Shown here: in pieces, positions 59,896 to 64,000 of the stretch
Position numbering within the stretch: position 1 is the first letter of the stretch
How the letters are laid out: the number at the start of each line of letters is the position of its first letter
NCBI GenBank assembly: GCA_965248755.1
Contig: OZ252149.1
Span: forward strand, 3,008,001 to 3,072,000
Direction of reading: 5' to 3'
DNA from: Candidatus Latescibacterota bacterium
GTDB lineage: Bacteria; Latescibacterota; CBDEFO01
Length of the DNA: 64,000 bases
Notes under the pieces: model-generated
Databases searched by the model: none
Told to the model about the DNA's origin: nothing
The model's input: the letters and a program-made list of their open reading frames with translations, nothing else
Position numbers and translations under genes: made by a program

Positions 59896-61089
59896 TTGCA
59901 AGATTTACGCTTCGACATTCGGGACATCTTCAGCGCTTCTCGGCTCGGCTCAAGCGGTAATAAGATATGGATAGCATTCCTCGGTATCGCCGCTGGTTAC
60001 GTCGTCCACTTCATCCTTACGCACATAGCCATCCTAGCTGGCAGCTCAAAGTCAATCGGCACAATTTGGGATACCTACGGCCTCTTTCCCAGAGTGATTG
60101 GGATGGACTTGAGCTGGCACGGCTGCGTCTTCATCGTTTTGGGGTATGTGATTGTCCTGGCCATTCTGCTCTTTACATCAGCTATGATATGCAAGGTAGC
60201 CTATCAACAGCTCAAGGGGGACGACTTCTATTCTTCAGGAGACGCCTTTAAATTTGCCAGAGGAAACTGGAGAGCTGCCATCCTTTCCCCGTTTTTCGTA
60301 CTCTTTATGATCGCTTTCCTGGTGGTATGCGCTATAATAATAGGTGTCATCGCACACTATATACCGTATGTGGGCGAGGTAGCCTTTGCAGTCTTCCTTT
60401 TGCCGATATTCCTTGTATCTTTGATAACTATCTACATGGTGCTTGTCTTCTTGGCATCCCTCTTTCTTGCCCCCGCCATAGTGGGGACTGCTGAGGAGGA
60501 CACCATAGGGACCGTTATGGAGTCTTTCTCGACAGTGTGGTGCCAACCCTGGAGGCTGATCCTGTACGGGGTTTGGCTTAAGTTAATCGTGGTTCTTGTG
60601 ACGGTCATATTCGGTTTTTTCGTCCTTCAGGCTCTGATCCTTATCAACGGAGCGCTCGGCCTTTTCATGGGTGAAAAGTTGGCGTTTATGATGAAAGCCG
60701 CGCTGTGGTATATCCCCGAGAATCTCTTTTGCTTCTTCAAGGGTGGCCCGGCGTATCTCAGCCTGCGGACGTACCTTCCCGACGTCGAGACTGATCCAAC
60801 GGGAGTTCTCCTTTGGTCAGGCAGAATATTAGCTATTATGCTTTTGACAGTCATAGGAATAGTATATTCCTATTCCTTGAGCGTGTTCAGTTCCGGTCAG
60901 GCCATTATATATCTGATTTTGAAGAAGAAGAAGGATCAGGATAACCTGCTGGAAAGGAAGGATACAGAGCCACAGGAAGAACCGGTTGAGACAACGGATA
61001 CAGAATCAACGGATACGGAATCTACGGATACAGAATCAAAAGAAGAAGAGGGAAAGGGTTCGGGCAAAGAAGGAGAGGAGAGCTCATAA
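59896..61089 (+). CDS. Multi-pass membrane protein with acidic tail (TDTES x3)
   Basis: Several TM segments; RBS GGAGG before a TTG start; promoter at 59721-59749. Confidence 0.75.
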   Translation: MQDLRFDIRDIFSASRLGSSGNKIWIAFLGIAAGYVVHFILTHIAILAGSSKSIGTIWDTYGLFPRVIGMDLSWHGCVFIVLGYVIVLAILLFTSAMICKVAYQQLKGDDFYSSGDAFKFARGNWRAAILSPFFVLFMIAFLVVCAIIIGVIAHYIPYVGEVAFAVFLLPIFLVSLITIYMVLVFLASLFLAPAIVGTAEEDTIGTVMESFSTVWCQPWRLILYGVWLKLIVVLVTVIFGFFVLQALILINGALGLFMGEKLAFMMKAALWYIPENLFCFFKGGPAYLSLRTYLPDVETDPTGVLLWSGRILAIMLLTVIGIVYSYSLSVFSSGQAIIYLILKKKKDQDNLLERKDTEPQEEPVETTDTESTDTESTDTESKEEEGKGSGKEGEESS

Positions 61090-61245
61090 GTGCCCAGAGA
61101 GACGAAATGTTGGGGCGATCCCCGATTAAGCCATTCGAGGACAGGCCCACGTGTTCGCTTAAACAGTAGAGGGGAATTTTTGTGTAATCCTATAGATTAC
61201 GCCCCCTGCAAATATGTACTGTCTACTTGCAGATAGGAGAAAGCT

Positions 61246-61896
61246 ATGAAATTCTTCATAGACACAGCTAATATAGATGAGATAAAACAGGCGGCCGCTT
61301 TGGGCATCTTGGACGGTGTTACTACGAATCCCTCGCTGATGTCCAAGGAGGAGGGCACATTCGAGGACATACTCCTTACCATCTGTGATATAGTGAACGG
61401 CCCTGTCAACGCAGAGGTGGTAAGTACAGACGCCGAGGGGATGATCGAAGAGGGCAGAAGGTTGGCAAAACTCCATCAGAAGATATGCGTCAAGGTTCCC
61501 ATAGGGGAAGAGGGACTAAAGGCCATAAAGAAGCTCTCTTCCGAAGGGATAGGTATCAATACAACGCTGATCTTCTCGGCGACTCAGGCACTAGTAGCTA
61601 TGAAAGCAGGGGCATCTTACGTGAGTCCATTTGTGGGGAGACTGGACGACATAGGTCATTCCGGGATGGAGCTTGTCGAGCAGTCTGTGGCGATTATAGA
61701 GAACTACGACTTTCCCTGTGAGGTATTAGTGGCGAGCATAAGGTCCTCCAAACACGTGGTAGAGGCAGCGCTGATGGGAGCACATATAGCCACACTGTCC
61801 CTTGATGTGATACGGAAGTTGACAAAGCACCCGCTTACGGACATAGGATTGAAAAGATTCTTGGACGACTGGAACAGCTGGAAGCAGAGGAGTTGA
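61246..61896 (+). CDS. tal: Transaldolase / fructose-6-phosphate aldolase family
   Basis: [38 protein letters not shown]. Confidence 0.92.
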   Translation: MKFFIDTANIDEIKQAAALGILDGVTTNPSLMSKEEGTFEDILLTICDIVNGPVNAEVVSTDAEGMIEEGRRLAKLHQKICVKVPIGEEGLKAIKKLSSEGIGINTTLIFSATQALVAMKAGASYVSPFVGRLDDIGHSGMELVEQSVAIIENYDFPCEVLVASIRSSKHVVEAALMGAHIATLSLDVIRKLTKHPLTDIGLKRFLDDWNSWKQRS

Positions 61897-62073
61897 CAGG
61901 GACAAGGGTTCGAGTCGCTCTTATAGTAGGAGATTGGAGGCTATATTAGCGACTCATGAGCTTCTCAAATGTTGTCTACTGGAATAAAAATCCAGGTTTC
62001 TCAAGATTTCCTGATTGACCCGCAGCATAGCCGCTGAATGCAGACTATCCAAGTATATTGACCCTTAATTAGG

Positions 62074-62321
62074 CCCGAATAATTCACACAAAAAGGCCGT
62101 GTATTAATTAAGAGATTGTATTATAATATAGTTATGACATTTAACCACCTTCGGTGTCATTGCGAGCCGAAGGCGAAGAAATCTCGATTCTGTTGTAGAT
62201 GTAATACTCTCCGGCTCTCATAGGAGACCACTATAAAAGCTTGAAGTTTCTTCCCCGATAGACTCAATCGGGGACCGCTTTGCTCCTCGCAATGACTCCA
62301 CCAAGTTTATGCTTAATCGGG
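62074..62321 (+). mobile_element. Complete 248-bp MITE with 5-bp target duplication TTAGG
   Basis: Imperfect IRs CCCGAATAATTCA / TGCTTAATCGGG; TTAGG on both sides; partial copies at 26962 and 59040. Confidence 0.75.
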
Positions 62322-62562
62322 TTAGGTCTATCTTGATTTAAGACCAGGTTAGTCTTCTACCTGGGTAAACTAAATAGTATAATCGACGAAAGCAACTGGG
62401 AATTTGTTCCATAAACTCGGGACAGCATGACTGATCTGACGCTGGCTGGTCTGTTGTGCCGGTCTGAATATTTATAAAGATAAGAGACTCTTTTGAGGGG
62501 ATTCTTAATGCACAAGGCTATGTTGCTGGGAGGTGGCAGCAGATATATTAAGGGAGGGAATC

Positions 62563-62955
62563 ATGAATGTTAAACGTTTCATAATTTCTTCAATTGCTGT
62601 ATTTGTATTCGTGTTTTTGTTCGAGTGGCTAGCCCATGGTGTTATCTTAAAGGGTATTTATGACCAAACAGCGCAACTGTGGCGCCCGGAGGTAGAACAC
62701 AAAATGGTCTACCTGTTCCTGAGCCAGATATGCTTTTCTGTTATCGCGGTGTTTATCTTTACCCGCAACTATGAAGGAAAGGGGATTGGCGAAGGGCTCC
62801 GCTACGGTTTATATGTGGGATTGGTTCTGGGGTCAGTCCAATTGGCGACCTACAGCTTTATGCCCATACCTCTTGTGCTCATGCTGGGTTGGGTTGCGGC
62901 TGGAATGCTCAAAGGCCTGGGTTCCGGGGTAGTTTCCTCGCTTGTCTACAGATGA
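62563..62955 (+). CDS. Four-TM hypothetical membrane protein
   Basis: RBS GGAGG; four hydrophobic segments. Confidence 0.75.
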   Translation: MNVKRFIISSIAVFVFVFLFEWLAHGVILKGIYDQTAQLWRPEVEHKMVYLFLSQICFSVIAVFIFTRNYEGKGIGEGLRYGLYVGLVLGSVQLATYSFMPIPLVLMLGWVAAGMLKGLGSGVVSSLVYR

Positions 62956-63040
62956 AAAGAATTTATCAAACGCGATTCGCTGGACCTGATCTGACATAGT
63001 AAGCTCAGTGAATCATCGTCTGAACCTCCTTCACGGGCTT

Positions 63041-63226
63041 TCACCTCAACTTATACCGGTCGGCCTGCTTTTCGCCGCTGATAATGGCCGTTATAATATT
63101 TGCAGGGCTACACTGATTTCCGATGTCGTTATGGCTAATAACAGCAGGCTGAGTCTCTTTGATCTCTGAACCAATCGTGGGGTCGAGGTTCACAAAGTAC
63201 ACAACCCCACCTTGATGATAACCCAT
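63041..63226 (-). pseudogene. Truncated PemK/MazF toxin
   Basis: GVVYFVNLDPTIGSEIKETQPAVIS.NDIGN; degenerate and short. Confidence 0.75.
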
Positions 63227-63369
63227 AGATCTCTCGCCATCTTCTTCTCTGCTCTCTCATATAAAACCTCCGTGCCTTCAGCTTCCCTTTCGCCTACCAC
63301 CCCCAGAAACCTCTCTGCGCTATCTCGATAGCCAGCACTTAAACTGCACTTAACATTCCCCTTTTGCTT

Positions 63370-63424
63370 CCGTACTGCGTGCCGTACTGCGCAGCCGTAT
63401 TGCGCAGCCGTACTGCGTGCCGTT
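63370..63424 (+). repeat. Short 12-13-bp tandem repeat CCGTACTGCG(TG/CAG) x4
   Basis: Directly visible in the sequence. Confidence 0.75.
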
Positions 63425-64000
63425 TCGCCGCCTCGTCAGGGAATGTGCTACGGGACCTGCATCTCTCTTGCGGTCAGATATCGTCAGTCAGTCTGGTGGT
63501 TTTCTCCTGCAATTAGATATCCACCTGTCTTCTTTTATTACGATTCGCCATAGAGCTACCTTCTTTATTTATACACATAACTTATACACAGCATAATTTA
63601 CATTGCCAACAGTTTTAAGTTTCGAGGTGATACAGCAGTTGACCGAGCACCTGCTCAAGGTGGTTTACATGGACATGTTCCACATCGGTGGGTTTACAAT
63701 CAGTTTGACGCGTTAAGCGTATTTATAGCCCAGAAGGGTCAAGAAAAAAGAACTGGCTGCCCTCGAACACACAGCCCTAAAGCTCTAACGTGCTTATCCA
63801 AGAAGCTTCTGGAGATGGACAATACAGCCAATCGACACGAATGCCAACAGCACCTGAAATCCGACATTACGCACTGGCTCTTCTTGACGATTCTGATTTT
63901 TGTTGACCTGACTGATAAAACTACTTAGATTTCTTTGGAAGTCTATACCAAAGTTGTGTCTTTGTCCTGCCGACTCAATTAGATTTATGCAGTCAGAGTA

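Larger units (their letters stand above)
4182..62274. repeat. Dispersed palindromic repeat families: CCCCGAT(T/A)GA..C..TCGGGG (about 20 copies), GTAGGGGC..GCCC REP-like, GTCATTGCGAG..GCAATCTC, and TGTCTAC heptamers
   Basis: Examples at 4182, 4207, 6624, 6648, 6707, 13545, 17537, 20441, 20466, 21583, 23908, 24173, 35524, 37795, 43368, 57418, 58808, 59088, 61120 and 62253, often nested with each other. Confidence 0.85.

Overview
Bacterial chromosomal window. The tmRNA tag ADDYSYALAA and an FlgD-Ig/T9SS-type C-terminal domain suggest an FCB-group lineage (inference). The left end (1-10 kb) is a rearranged accessory region: IS1380, pseudogene stubs, PNP, IPT/TIG and NHL surface proteins, an IS3 copy and an AlbA_2/Schlafen-like ATPase. 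From about 10.1 to 37.7 kb, on the minus strand, lies a compact podovirus-like cluster: terS, terL, portal, scaffold, decoration protein, major capsid, adaptor, nozzle, amidase, holin-like genes, P4-type primase-helicase, an ori-like site and an xis-like HTH gene. No integrase, repressor or ejection-protein gene is visible. The cluster is split into three transcription units that share one TTGACT-N17-TATATT promoter design with a common upstream motif. It is colonised by host palindromic repeats, even in-frame inside structural genes, and an 8.5-kb plus-strand cargo island sits between terL and portal. This is the best candidate for an undescribed system: a domesticated, gene-transfer-agent-like element with possible run-off replication. 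The right part (38-64 kb) is mostly housekeeping (relA/spoT, ssrA, CCA enzyme, pncA/pncB, PTPS-SDR, transaldolase), plus a third IS3 copy, toxin-antitoxin remnants, a MITE and a 20 x 17-bp hairpin tandem array. All calls come from reading the sequence; no database searches were run.
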